From Escherichia phage vB_EcoM_DalCa, in sequence record NC_054908.1: a DNA stretch of 64,000 bases. The stretch is one strand, 5' to 3'. Within the stretch, counting starts at the first letter, position 1; every line of letters starts with the position of its first letter. A program made the position numbers and the translations under genes. Shown here piece by piece: positions 50,353-59,049 of this stretch. The notes under the pieces were generated by a model. That model was not told the origin of the DNA. It searched no databases and was given only the letters and a program-made list of their open reading frames with translations.

Positions 50353-50380
50353 TTTCTGTTCCTCCGTAGTTGATAGTTGT

Positions 50381-50410
50381 ATAGTATCACAGAGGAACAG
50401 TCTTGTAAAC
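50381..50410 (-). promoter_or_regulatory. T4-type early promoter
   Basis: minus strand GTTTAC, 18 nt, TACTAT. Confidence 0.55.
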
Positions 50411-50412
50411 AA

Positions 50413-50727
50413 CTAAAAGAAACTTCTTTCACAATTTTTTCCACTAAACCATGCGCTCACTGCTTTCTTAGTCTCAGGAGCAGTGTTATCCATAAACCAT
50501 TCAAAGGCAGCCTTTTTATGATTCTGGAGGGCTTCTCGGGCTTTAATCTGCTCACGGTCTATTAACACTAACATATGAGCCTTTCTTGTCACCAAGGGCT
50601 TCTTATGATTTTTTGAATACTCCCAATCATTTGTCCATCGCATCGTTGTTGCGAACTGAAATACTGCTTCTTTAATTTTAGTTTCGTAAATTTCACGAGC
50701 CTTTGAGTATAACATCATTACCTCCAT
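50413..50727 (-). CDS. hypothetical protein
   Basis: 104 aa ORF. Confidence 0.45.
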   Translation of the reverse strand: MEVMMLYSKAREIYETKIKEAVFQFATTMRWTNDWEYSKNHKKPLVTRKAHMLVLIDREQIKAREALQNHKKAAFEWFMDNTAPETKKAVSAWFSGKNCERSFF

Positions 50728-50815
50728 TTACCAGTTTAATTCTAGTCATTTTTTGATGGCAGTCCATATAATCTATTTCTGAACTGCCTTTTTATCTTAG
50801 AAGGCCTCTTATGAA

Positions 50816-51796
50816 TTATTTCAGAAGAGTAACCTCAGCGATTTCTTCCCAACCGTTTTTGTCGGTCATAATAAAGTCAGCAAGATAAAGTGCAGTACGC
50901 AGTGAAACATTGCGTAAACGATTAACATTAACTTTCATCCATGATAATGCTTTATAAGTTTCTTCATCAGAAAGACCGCGTTTTTGCATCATGTCAGTTG
51001 AAAGAATAACATCTTCAACCCTGACCATAATTTCTTCATTAGTGTGAACACCCAAATCCAAATAAACTGAGCGGGAAACTAATGCTTGTAAATGTGGAGC
51101 AAGTTTAGTACCACGGTCTAATTCGCGGTCAATGTCAACGTTTGTGATAAAAACAATCGTTCCTTTAAATTCAAACTCACGCTCAATGCCTTTTTCTTCT
51201 AAGTAAGAAGATGCGGTGCTCCAGCAGACTTTACGGGTCTCTCCGGTGTCCAGAGCAGCTTTCAGAAGATTAAGAATGTCCATATCAGAGAAAACATCCA
51301 CATCATCAATCAAAAGGACAGAATTCTCTTCACGATTATTCCAAAGCTGTTCATAAAGACCGATACCAGAGATTTTACCATTAATGCTTTTATATTCGAT
51401 GTATCCAATATCATTTGCTTTATTTAAAGCTTTATCTAAAGAATACGTTTTACCAATACCTGCTGCTCCAGAGATAATTAATGAACGAATGTTTCCGTTA
51501 ATAATACCATTCGTCATCATTCCCATAACATTAAATCTTTTATTAATGCGGGTTTTCATATCTTCATACGATTCTTTAACTTCTTCAACTTTTACACCAT
51601 CATATGAAATGTCTGATTTGTAAACCCAAACACCGCGACGCTTACCGTCAATTTCAACAAAAACTTTACCATCTCCTTGTGCATCTACCGGAGCATTATC
51701 TGGGAACCATTCACCTAAGAGCTCAAAAGTTCCAGAGATTTCTTTACCGAAGTAGATACCCTTATTGATAGTTACAGTTTTCATTTTATTCTCCAA
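50816..51796 (-). CDS. P-loop ATPase (AAA-like) of unknown function
   Basis: 326 aa; Walker A GAAGIGKT and Walker B-like LLIDDVD. Confidence 0.6.
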   Translation of the reverse strand: MENKMKTVTINKGIYFGKEISGTFELLGEWFPDNAPVDAQGDGKVFVEIDGKRRGVWVYKSDISYDGVKVEEVKESYEDMKTRINKRFNVMGMMTNGIINGNIRSLIISGAAGIGKTYSLDKALNKANDIGYIEYKSINGKISGIGLYEQLWNNREENSVLLIDDVDVFSDMDILNLLKAALDTGETRKVCWSTASSYLEEKGIEREFEFKGTIVFITNVDIDRELDRGTKLAPHLQALVSRSVYLDLGVHTNEEIMVRVEDVILSTDMMQKRGLSDEETYKALSWMKVNVNRLRNVSLRTALYLADFIMTDKNGWEEIAEVTLLK

Positions 51797-51820
51797 TTTT
51801 ACATTTGTTTTGATAGGGTA

Positions 51821-51850
51821 ATAATATCACACTACTACCCTGCTGTAAAC
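51821..51850 (-). promoter_or_regulatory. T4-type early promoter upstream of ATPase gene
   Basis: minus strand GTTTAC, 18 nt, TATTAT. Confidence 0.5.
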
Positions 51851-51853
51851 AAT

Positions 51854-52117
51854 TTATTTTAATGTTTGCCAAATTTTTACTGCTTCACGACGAGATACTT
51901 CTACAGCTCCAAGTTCTACAGCTTTTTGGCGTCGCCGAGCGTGTAAGTCATAATGTTTAATGCGTTTATCTTGAAACCAAGAACGTTTCATTCCTATTGC
52001 TTCTGCCATTTCGTGAAGCTCTTCAATATCTCCATCAGTGAACATATGACAATTTTTAGTTGGATGACCGCGAAGTTTCCATCCATGATTCATTAAAACA
52101 TCTACGTAAACTGTCAT
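51854..52117 (-). CDS. hypothetical protein
   Basis: 87 aa ORF. Confidence 0.45.
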   Translation of the reverse strand: MTVYVDVLMNHGWKLRGHPTKNCHMFTDGDIEELHEMAEAIGMKRSWFQDKRIKHYDLHARRRQKAVELGAVEVSRREAVKIWQTLK

Positions 52118-52263
52118 TGATTCTTCTCCAAATAAGTTTCGATAATTTTCTGGGCGAGATAAACCGCGTTATCTTCAGTTGCGTCTTCCAAGAAACTTTC
52201 AAAACACTCTGAAATTTCTTCTGTATCAATCAACTTTTTTACTTCAATTGGTGTAATTTTCAT
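52114..52263 (-). CDS. small hypothetical protein
   Basis: 49 aa ORF read by hand (MKITPIEVKKLIDTEE...), ATGA overlap with downstream start. Confidence 0.35.
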   Translation of the reverse strand: MKITPIEVKKLIDTEEISECFESFLEDATEDNAVYLAQKIIETYLEKNQ

Positions 52264-52299
52264 TTTGTTTTCCGTTTAAGTGTTTGTTTTGATAGTTGT

Positions 52300-52329
52300 A
52301 TAGTACCATAAAGCTTTATGCTTGTAAAC
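52300..52329 (-). promoter_or_regulatory. T4-type early promoter
   Basis: minus strand GTTTAC, 18 nt, TACTAT; directly after terminator 52359..52376. Confidence 0.55.
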
Positions 52330-52358
52330 AGTTTTGTGAAAAATTTTTGAAATAAAAA

Positions 52359-52376
52359 GGGAGCCCGAAGGCTCCC
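52359..52376 (-). terminator. stem-loop terminator downstream of nucleotidyltransferase gene
   Basis: gggagcccgaaggctccc followed by U-run and early promoter on minus strand. Confidence 0.65.
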
Positions 52377-52378
52377 TA

Positions 52379-53392
52379 TCATTTATAATAACTTCGGTGG
52401 TTTTCAAGATAGACCTTCTCAAGGAAGTCATCCCAGAAACTCATGTCTACTGTTTTAGGCATACCGTTCTTAGAAGCTTCAATAGATGCTGCTTCTACTT
52501 GATCGACCACATCTTCCAAAAACTCTTGAACCGTTTTAAATGGATGTTTACCCAACTTCACGTCGAGAATAAATGGAGCATCTTGGAGTGGATAAACCAA
52601 GTCACCAGTTTTGTAAATTTCCAATAGTTGGAGTCCACCACGGCAAGCATGACTCAGAGCTTTCCAGTCAATACCTTCATTGGCTTCGGCCTTACGAGCA
52701 CGTTCACCATATTCAGCATCTAATTTGTTCAGTGACTGCTTAAGCTCAATAAGAGAAAGCGTTGTCTGATATTTACGACCCAACACAGTGTAGAACGTTT
52801 GTGGGCCTGTTTTCTCATGATTATGGAACACCCATTCACAGAATTCGTTTTCTGGAAGACGATGCTTAATATCTTCAACTTTAGTGCGACGCTGCTTAAT
52901 AGAACCATCTTCTTGGTAATCAATCCACTGCTCAGGGATTTGATTAACTACTTTCAATACATCACGTAATGCAGCCAAACGAGAACCCTTGACACCGTAT
53001 TTAGAAGCTTGCTTGCGGACATATCCTAAATAGGATTTCATGTTAGTCGTATAAAAACGAGAACGGTTGTCTTGAATAAACTTCCACACATCAGGCAAAT
53101 CAGATTTAACCACTAGTTCAGGTGGAGTGTGAAGCATATCCAATGCTACAGTTTCACCATCTGCTGCTAATTTAAAGAAATATTTAAGACTGTATAGTTC
53201 ATGGTCAATATCATCTTTAGTGTTTTTAGATGATGTGTTGTTAGTGTTTTTACTCATGTGCTCTTTGACATTTCCGATAAGAATATCACGAGCAGGAGGA
53301 ACAAAAATTTCTTTAAAATCTACATCAGATTCTGGGGTAGAAGTTCCATAAAGATGACTACCAAAATAGCTTTTCATTACTGTTTTCATCAT
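52379..53392 (-). CDS. Pol-beta-superfamily nucleotidyltransferase of unknown function
   Basis: 337 aa; N-terminal GS-x9-DxD signature (YFGSHLYGTSTPESDVDF) and helical C-terminal domain. Confidence 0.6.
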   Translation of the reverse strand: MMKTVMKSYFGSHLYGTSTPESDVDFKEIFVPPARDILIGNVKEHMSKNTNNTSSKNTKDDIDHELYSLKYFFKLAADGETVALDMLHTPPELVVKSDLPDVWKFIQDNRSRFYTTNMKSYLGYVRKQASKYGVKGSRLAALRDVLKVVNQIPEQWIDYQEDGSIKQRRTKVEDIKHRLPENEFCEWVFHNHEKTGPQTFYTVLGRKYQTTLSLIELKQSLNKLDAEYGERARKAEANEGIDWKALSHACRGGLQLLEIYKTGDLVYPLQDAPFILDVKLGKHPFKTVQEFLEDVVDQVEAASIEASKNGMPKTVDMSFWDDFLEKVYLENHRSYYK

Positions 53393-53856
53393 TCAGCCTT
53401 ATATTCAATAACAGGACATACTTTAGCTTTACGAGCTTTTAAAAATTCAACGATAATCGATTTCTTGGGTTGAATAGGAGGTAAACCTTTATACGCCCTA
53501 TCAATATTTTCTATGTGTAAAGCATAATCCTTTTTCCATTTATAATCTTTATATTTTTCATGCAAATGTGCAGGAATAACAAATGAACCGATAATAAGTA
53601 AAACAACCAAAAGTGCAAGTATAAATGCCGATGGAAGAAGAGTCCATAAACTACCGAAAATAAGCCAACGTTGTAAGCTTTCTGCACAAATAATTGTTAG
53701 CCCTACGAGTATAGCACATCCAAAAATAGAAACGAAAAATGTAGGAATGGCAATAGACCAAAAATATGCGCATAGTGTCTTAGGTCGTTGCCATTCATCG
53801 TTAAACAATTTGAATAATTTATAGTGCCAAGAGTTTTCATTAATAACCATAATCAT
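53389..53856 (-). CDS. polytopic membrane protein
   Basis: 155 aa; about three hydrophobic helices; 4 nt overlap with nucleotidyltransferase gene. Confidence 0.5.
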   Translation of the reverse strand: MIMVINENSWHYKLFKLFNDEWQRPKTLCAYFWSIAIPTFFVSIFGCAILVGLTIICAESLQRWLIFGSLWTLLPSAFILALLVVLLIIGSFVIPAHLHEKYKDYKWKKDYALHIENIDRAYKGLPPIQPKKSIIVEFLKARKAKVCPVIEYKAE

Positions 53857-53858
53857 AA

Positions 53859-54380
53859 TTATCCTTTCATTGAAGGCGTAACGGTTGTTAAATACTTAAT
53901 CATAGCTTCAGCTTCTGATTTTGATAATGAAATTTCTCCATTGTTTTGACGAATAGAAATAAAATCCGGATGACGGTCACCACCAGCTTTTAAAACACAC
54001 ATATAAGTATCAGTTTCACCTTCAATATTTGAAATGATTGAAGCAGTTCCACATGAATGCGGTTTTTGATAAATCAATGCAGCTTTTCTTCCGCCATTTG
54101 ACTGCTCATAGGCTTTTAATACATCAAGCAAATCAGTTCTTTTATCAATAGCTAAAATGTTATTTTCATCTTCAATGTTAAATCCTTCGGATACTTCATA
54201 AAGTGTTACCCATAAATCACCAATGTCAATAACAGCATTTACTTTTCCACGGCTTTCAAGAGTATGACAAATTTTCTTGATTTCGTCATAACTCATTTTA
54301 ATAATATCATCTCCTTGACTAAGGAAGATGTCATTTTTAAATTCAACACGAATTAAACCGCTTCCACTTGAAATAAACAT
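53859..54380 (-). CDS. hypothetical protein, paralog of 54387..54932
   Basis: 173 aa; C-terminal motif SKSEAEAMIKYLTTVTPSM shared with neighbour. Confidence 0.5.
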   Translation of the reverse strand: MFISSGSGLIRVEFKNDIFLSQGDDIIKMSYDEIKKICHTLESRGKVNAVIDIGDLWVTLYEVSEGFNIEDENNILAIDKRTDLLDVLKAYEQSNGGRKAALIYQKPHSCGTASIISNIEGETDTYMCVLKAGGDRHPDFISIRQNNGEISLSKSEAEAMIKYLTTVTPSMKG

Positions 54381-54386
54381 ATTTCC

Positions 54387-54932
54387 TCACTTTGAAATCA
54401 TAGTTGGAATGACAGAATCAAGATAAGTCTTTAGCGCAATAGCTTCGTCTTTGGTAAATGTGACAATATGTGCTCGAAAATCATCAATTTGACGAATAGT
54501 TAAGACATCTCCATCTTCATAACATTTTGATACGTTTAAAACAGTTTCATCATTCTGATTGCAAGCGTTAGTAATAATAGCATTGCAATTTTTAAACCAT
54601 TTTAAACTATGTTTTCTTTCATTAGAATAATAAAAATATTTAATCTTATCTATAAAACTATCCCAATGGATAACTGATAAGCATATTGACTCGCTTTCAA
54701 TATTAAATCCTGGGCATGAAGAATAAAAATGAATTTTATGCTCATCATTAATGCTTACAATTTTATCAGTATAAGGATTTTCAATTTTGGTTAAATGAAT
54801 GATTTCACTAGGCGTAAAATACAGCATATCGTCTTCTTGTGTCAAACGATACATATTATTTACTTTTTCTATAGCCAATTCACCAAAAAGTGAACTAACT
54901 TCTAATACTAATCGTTTCGCCTCGCTCATCAT
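54387..54932 (-). CDS. hypothetical protein, paralog of 53859..54380
   Basis: 181 aa; C-terminal TKDEAIALKTYLDSVIPTM. Confidence 0.5.
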   Translation of the reverse strand: MMSEAKRLVLEVSSLFGELAIEKVNNMYRLTQEDDMLYFTPSEIIHLTKIENPYTDKIVSINDEHKIHFYSSCPGFNIESESICLSVIHWDSFIDKIKYFYYSNERKHSLKWFKNCNAIITNACNQNDETVLNVSKCYEDGDVLTIRQIDDFRAHIVTFTKDEAIALKTYLDSVIPTMISK

Positions 54933-55052
54933 TACATACTCCTCTGAATCATATCAATAATGTTGTTCACCAGATTATAAGTAAACATTGGGTAATTATA
55001 TTGAATCACCACATACACAACAAACAAAACTTTCATTCTCTTCTCCTTGGCA

Positions 55053-55082
55053 GTTGACAAGATTACTATATCATAACCTTGC
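55053..55082 (-). promoter_or_regulatory. T4-type early promoter
   Basis: minus strand GTTTAC, 18 nt, TATAGT. Confidence 0.55.
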
Positions 55083-55086
55083 CAAC

Positions 55087-55260
55087 TTGTAAACCATTAA
55101 ATGACGTTTTCGATAAAATTCTGAAGCTTTGTATGAGCATCAACCATGATTTTCATTTCTTCTTTAGCGAAAGCTGTACCTCTTTCCCGAGAAGAATACT
55201 CATAATCAGAAACTGCATTAGCATATTCTTCAATTAGCTTCATTAAAAACATCTGCTTTT
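55087..55260 (-). CDS. small hypothetical protein
   Basis: 57 aa ORF read by hand, TAATG overlap. Confidence 0.3.
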
Positions 55261-55454
55261 CAGTTTTCATTATTCCACCTAATCATTTCAAGATATTGAA
55301 CTAACTTAGCTTTAGATTTATCCAAATCCTTTTTAGCTGATTCTATACCATCGTATGAATATCCTTCACAATGCTCAACTGCTAATTGGTATGAATCTAT
55401 TTCAATATCACGTGCTAATTTAATGATTTTTTCAAACTGTTCGCGTGTTAGCAT
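55260..55454 (-). CDS. hypothetical protein
   Basis: 64 aa ORF. Confidence 0.4.
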   Translation of the reverse strand: MLTREQFEKIIKLARDIEIDSYQLAVEHCEGYSYDGIESAKKDLDKSKAKLVQYLEMIRWNNEN

Positions 55455-55456
55455 AA

Positions 55457-55696
55457 TTAAACTCTAGTATTATGATCGATAATTTCATCAAGAAACATAT
55501 CTAACGCTTCTAAAGCATTATCAACTTTAGCTTCAAGTTCATCAATGCCTTTATTTGCAATGCCTGACGAAAACCAAGCAAAGTCACTAAGTTCCTCGTC
55601 TGCTTTACGAATTAAAGCTACCAATTCTTTAATCTTATCCGCTTGTTCGATACTAATCATTATTCCACCACATATGAAAGAGAGAATATTGCACAC
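55457..55696 (-). CDS. hypothetical protein
   Basis: 79 aa ORF; start may be internal Met. Confidence 0.4.
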   Translation of the reverse strand: MCNILSFICGGIMISIEQADKIKELVALIRKADEELSDFAWFSSGIANKGIDELEAKVDNALEALDMFLDEIIDHNTRV

Positions 55697-55848
55697 GCCA
55701 TGTGAGTTGCAACTTCATCACACATATTATAACGTTTCTTAAGAAGTTCTACAAGTTCTTCACTAGTAACTTCATCCATGTTGACGAAAAAATCACCATT
55801 AATGATGACGTAGATATTTCCTTCATGATTAAGTGCTTCAATTTTCAT
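55660..55848 (-). CDS. hypothetical protein
   Basis: ORF-track ORF to 55893; start at Met [10 protein letters not shown] with GAGGAG RBS, downstream of promoter 55877..55906. Confidence 0.4.
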   Translation of the reverse strand: MKIEALNHEGNIYVIINGDFFVNMDEVTSEELVELLKKRYNMCDEVATHMACAIFSLSYVVE

Positions 55849-55876
55849 GATGTTCTCCTCTTTATCCGATGGTTGT

Positions 55877-55906
55877 ATAGTACCACAGCTCAAACGGAAA
55901 GTAAAC
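55877..55906 (-). promoter_or_regulatory. T4-type early promoter
   Basis: minus strand GTTTAC, 18 nt, TACTAT; directly after terminator 55922..55939. Confidence 0.55.
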
Positions 55907-55939
55907 CGGTAAAATGAAAAAAGTCTCCCGAAGGAGACT
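55896..55939 (-). repeat. promoter-plus-hairpin module, copy 2
   Basis: first 26 nt identical to 14926..14951; hairpin stem differs by paired compensatory changes. Confidence 0.7.
55922..55939 (-). terminator. stem-loop terminator downstream of rI.-1-like gene
   Basis: agtctcccgaaggagact; same module as 14951..14970 with compensatory stem changes. Confidence 0.65.
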
Positions 55940-55943
55940 AATG

Positions 55944-56330
55944 TTATTCGAGGGAAAGAAGATACTTACTTTGGTAAAACATTCCAGTAATATCATCTAT
56001 CGTGCTTTGGATGGCTGGAGGCATTTCTTTATAAATGCTGTTAGATTGGTCTAGTATACGATCAATCATTTTAATTGTGTCGGTAGGAAGTTTACTGGCA
56101 TCTGGAATTGAAGGCGTGTATTTTCTACCAGAATACCCCAAATATTGCTCACCAAATTTATCAATCAAATCTGGTAACTCAGAGAAAATAAAATCGTATG
56201 CTTTGTGTCTAGCATAACTTTTAGTTTCAAAATGTGCAGAATGAAAATAAGCTTGTGCAGCCATTAATAAACCTAAGTATTCATCTGCCTTTGAAGGTTT
56301 TCCACTTTGTGAAAAGTCGCTGAATTTCAT
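55944..56330 (-). CDS. hypothetical protein (rI.-1-like)
   Basis: 128 aa ORF immediately downstream of rI. Confidence 0.5.
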   Translation of the reverse strand: MKFSDFSQSGKPSKADEYLGLLMAAQAYFHSAHFETKSYARHKAYDFIFSELPDLIDKFGEQYLGYSGRKYTPSIPDASKLPTDTIKMIDRILDQSNSIYKEMPPAIQSTIDDITGMFYQSKYLLSLE

Positions 56331-56620
56331 TCAGTCTCCAATTTAATGTTCATAATTCTAGCGTATGATTGTGCCATCTCCGCGCCTCGTTCTATACATT
56401 CAAAATCAGAAGAGCACGGGTCATTTTTATAGGTCGTTCTCATAAAACTATAGAATTGTTCAGACGATTCTACGCTTTTATTTTCAAAAAGCATATAAAC
56501 GTGCCTAATACCAGATTCCATAAATTTATCAAAATGAGGATCGACATTCGCTTCAATCGATGGAGATAAAACAAATGACAATCCTAGCATGGCAAATAGT
56601 GCCGTTGCTTTTAAGGCCAT
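56327..56620 (-). CDS. rI: lysis inhibition regulator RI
   Basis: 97 aa as T4 RI; N-terminal signal-anchor MALKATALFAMLGLSFVLSPSIEA; position next to tk. Confidence 0.75.
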   Translation of the reverse strand: MALKATALFAMLGLSFVLSPSIEANVDPHFDKFMESGIRHVYMLFENKSVESSEQFYSFMRTTYKNDPCSSDFECIERGAEMAQSYARIMNIKLETE

Positions 56621-56681
56621 AAAGGCCTCCTATCATTTTTGTCCTGTATTTACTTTATGCCGATGCACGGCCTTAACTTTA

Positions 56682-56846
56682 TCAAGGTATTTTTTCAAAA
56701 TTTCGCAATCTAGTATAGTCTGCCGGAGATTGGTTGAGTGATACTTCTCGACGCAAAGCTGAAATAACATTTCCAACTTCCCTACGAATTTCATCTAATT
56801 GAAGCACAGTAAGATTGCGAAGTTGCTTTTCAGTTAATTGTAGCAT
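56682..56846 (-). CDS. small hypothetical protein
   Basis: 54 aa ORF read by hand ([12 protein letters not shown]...), AAAGGGG RBS. Confidence 0.35.
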   Translation of the reverse strand: MLQLTEKQLRNLTVLQLDEIRREVGNVISALRREVSLNQSPADYTRLRNFEKIP

Positions 56847-56888
56847 ATATACCCCTTTAGTTAGATAAACCTATTTATAACTTTTGCA

Positions 56889-57470
56889 CTAACCGAGCTT
56901 TTTAGTTAATTCGTTCCAGTGTTTTCTACACAAAGAAACATAAATTTCATCACCAATACAGATTTGATTACCTTCTTTAACTGGTGTTCCATCTTCCATT
57001 AATCGAGCTGTCATAATAGCTTTTTTACCACAATGACAAACTGCCTTTAGTTCAATAAGTTTATCTGCAATCGCCAAAAGTTCTTTAGAACCTTCAAATA
57101 ATTTTCCAGCGAAATCAGTCCTTAGCCCATAAGCCATAACAGGAACATTATATGTATCAACAATTCGACTTAATTGATGCACCTGTTCAGTTTTTAAAAA
57201 CTGAGCTTCATCTACAAATACACAATGAATATCTTTTTGTGCTTCAGCCCATTTATAGAACTCAAAAATATCCATATCATCCGTAATAATATTCGCTTCC
57301 TGCTTAATTCCAATGCGAGAAACGACTTCACAGACAGAATCGCGAGTATCAATAGCAGGCTTAAGAACTAATACACCCATTCCGCGTTCTTTATAATTAT
57401 GTGCAGCAGTCAAAAGAGAAGCAGATTTTCCAGCATTCATTGCTGCGTAAGTAAAAATTAAACTCGCCAT
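56889..57470 (-). CDS. tk: thymidine kinase
   Basis: 193 aa as T4 Tk; P-loop YAAMNAGKSASLL and C-terminal zinc Cys pairs. Confidence 0.9.
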   Translation of the reverse strand: MASLIFTYAAMNAGKSASLLTAAHNYKERGMGVLVLKPAIDTRDSVCEVVSRIGIKQEANIITDDMDIFEFYKWAEAQKDIHCVFVDEAQFLKTEQVHQLSRIVDTYNVPVMAYGLRTDFAGKLFEGSKELLAIADKLIELKAVCHCGKKAIMTARLMEDGTPVKEGNQICIGDEIYVSLCRKHWNELTKKLG

Positions 57471-57479
57471 ATCACCTTC

Positions 57480-57665
57480 TTAAAGCATATTCACATAAGC
57501 TATTAATTCGTTTTCTTTCTTATCAAACCGATCAGCAAATTCTTCTTGCTGTTCGGGAGATAGCGGGCCGTATTCATCATAAAAGGTGTTTGCTTCTGTA
57601 TGCTCATCTAGAAGTTCATGGATAAGCTCAAACAATTTATCTTTTTGTTCTTTACTCAGACTCAT
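57480..57665 (-). CDS. hypothetical acidic protein
   Basis: 61 aa ORF. Confidence 0.4.
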   Translation of the reverse strand: MSLSKEQKDKLFELIHELLDEHTEANTFYDEYGPLSPEQQEEFADRFDKKENELIAYVNML

Positions 57666-57835
57666 ATATTAATTTCCAGGAGTTTTAAAATAATTCGCTT
57701 TTGCTTAAATATTTCCATAGTTAAATGACCAGTATCTTTTTGACCGATTCCAATGGCAAAACCTTTATTGACAGCGAGTTCAATTAAATTATCAATCTCA
57801 CGTAACACTTCATACTGTAACTCAAAACTATTCAT
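57662..57835 (-). CDS. small hypothetical protein
   Basis: 57 aa ORF read by hand, ATGA overlaps at both ends. Confidence 0.35.
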   Translation of the reverse strand: MNSFELQYEVLREIDNLIELAVNKGFAIGIGQKDTGHLTMEIFKQKRIILKLLEINI

Positions 57836-58044
57836 TTCGGTTTACCTTCTTTAACGAAATCTGGATAAGGATAAAATCCCGAATAAAATCCTTCACCTTT
57901 ATGATTGATGCATCCTTTATTAGAACAATAGCACCAATAATCGAAATCACAAGCCATTTCATCGTTGCATAAAGCAAAAACAACTGGCCATTTACACTTT
58001 TCACAATGGGCATTTTTAAGAATACTAGTTTGGCTCATAACCAT
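57832..58044 (-). CDS. Cys-rich small protein
   Basis: 70 aa; several Cys pairs (CEKCKW, CNDEMAC, CYCSNKGC). Confidence 0.45.
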   Translation of the reverse strand: MVMSQTSILKNAHCEKCKWPVVFALCNDEMACDFDYWCYCSNKGCINHKGEGFYSGFYPYPDFVKEGKPK

Positions 58045-58262
58045 GTAACCTTTAAGCAGTATTCTTCTACATGCTGTTTACGACCTTTCTTATCAATAAA
58101 GGTATATTCAACGAATGTTCCAATGTAGTCTTTATCTACATCATGCGGACTATTAATTGGACATTTAGTACGGCAAATGCGTTCCCATTGACGAATAATT
58201 ACTGCCTTATTCTTTGGGTCATATGGATGTGGATAATGTATATTCATAATAACGGTTCCCAA
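58035..58262 (-). CDS. hypothetical protein
   Basis: 75 aa ORF. Confidence 0.45.
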   Translation of the reverse strand: MGTVIMNIHYPHPYDPKNKAVIIRQWERICRTKCPINSPHDVDKDYIGTFVEYTFIDKKGRKQHVEEYCLKVTWL

Positions 58263-58711
58263 TCAACAATCACAATTTCTAATTTAGAGGAATATGTATC
58301 TAAAATCCCCTCAATAATATCCCAGTTCCCTTTACCTATGCCTGCACCAATCCTAGGCATATAGATTGTAGGTTTAATCAGTTTATTTTCACCAAACTCA
58401 TTTAATTCTAACATACAATTCATTAAAGCGGAATACTCAAAATTTGGCCCTGGTTGAAATTGAGTATAAAGGTTGAAGCAATACGCTTTATGAGTCCTAA
58501 AGTATTTTTCATAGACTGAGTAAGAACCGAGTTTAGTTACATCACCCCATTCAGTCTGTAATTTATCAGCTTCCAAAATTTTAGGGAAAGCTTTGGTTAA
58601 TTGACCCGCTACGCCTGAACCCATAGTATGAAAACAATTGCATCCATGCGCAATATTTTTACCTTCAGCGAAAAGGGCGACAATATCGCCCTTGATATAT
58701 TTTACAATCAT
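58244..58711 (-). CDS. macro-domain protein (ADP-ribose binding/processing)
   Basis: 155 aa; macro-like motifs NIAHGCNCFHTMGSGVAG and MPRIGAGIGKG. Confidence 0.6.
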   Translation of the reverse strand: MIVKYIKGDIVALFAEGKNIAHGCNCFHTMGSGVAGQLTKAFPKILEADKLQTEWGDVTKLGSYSVYEKYFRTHKAYCFNLYTQFQPGPNFEYSALMNCMLELNEFGENKLIKPTIYMPRIGAGIGKGNWDIIEGILDTYSSKLEIVIVDWEPLL

Positions 58712-59049
58712 CTAGTACTCAATCCTCGATTATAAGAATCTACTAAACGGTCAACCATTGAATGACAAGCGGCTTTATCTTTCTCCTCCGCAACTGAACA
58801 TTCTAAGGTATTCCACTTTTTAGCATATCGTTTTAACAATGTATCATTTTTGTATCTGCTTGATTTATCTCTTTCTCCGTCTTTATATGCATATATTAAT
58901 TTCTGCGCAAATTCAGCTTGGCATGCTTTATTTTTCCCGCAATAATCCGCTGCAGTACGGTTTACATACTCTCTAATTTCAGTATATGATGTATCTGCTA
59001 ACACAGAAAATGAAATTAATCCTATACATAAAACCAAAATTTTAGTCAT
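58708..59049 (-). CDS. secreted small protein
   Basis: 113 aa; signal peptide MTKILVLCIGLISFSVLA; four Cys. Confidence 0.5.
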   Translation of the reverse strand: MTKILVLCIGLISFSVLADTSYTEIREYVNRTAADYCGKNKACQAEFAQKLIYAYKDGERDKSSRYKNDTLLKRYAKKWNTLECSVAEEKDKAACHSMVDRLVDSYNRGLSTR

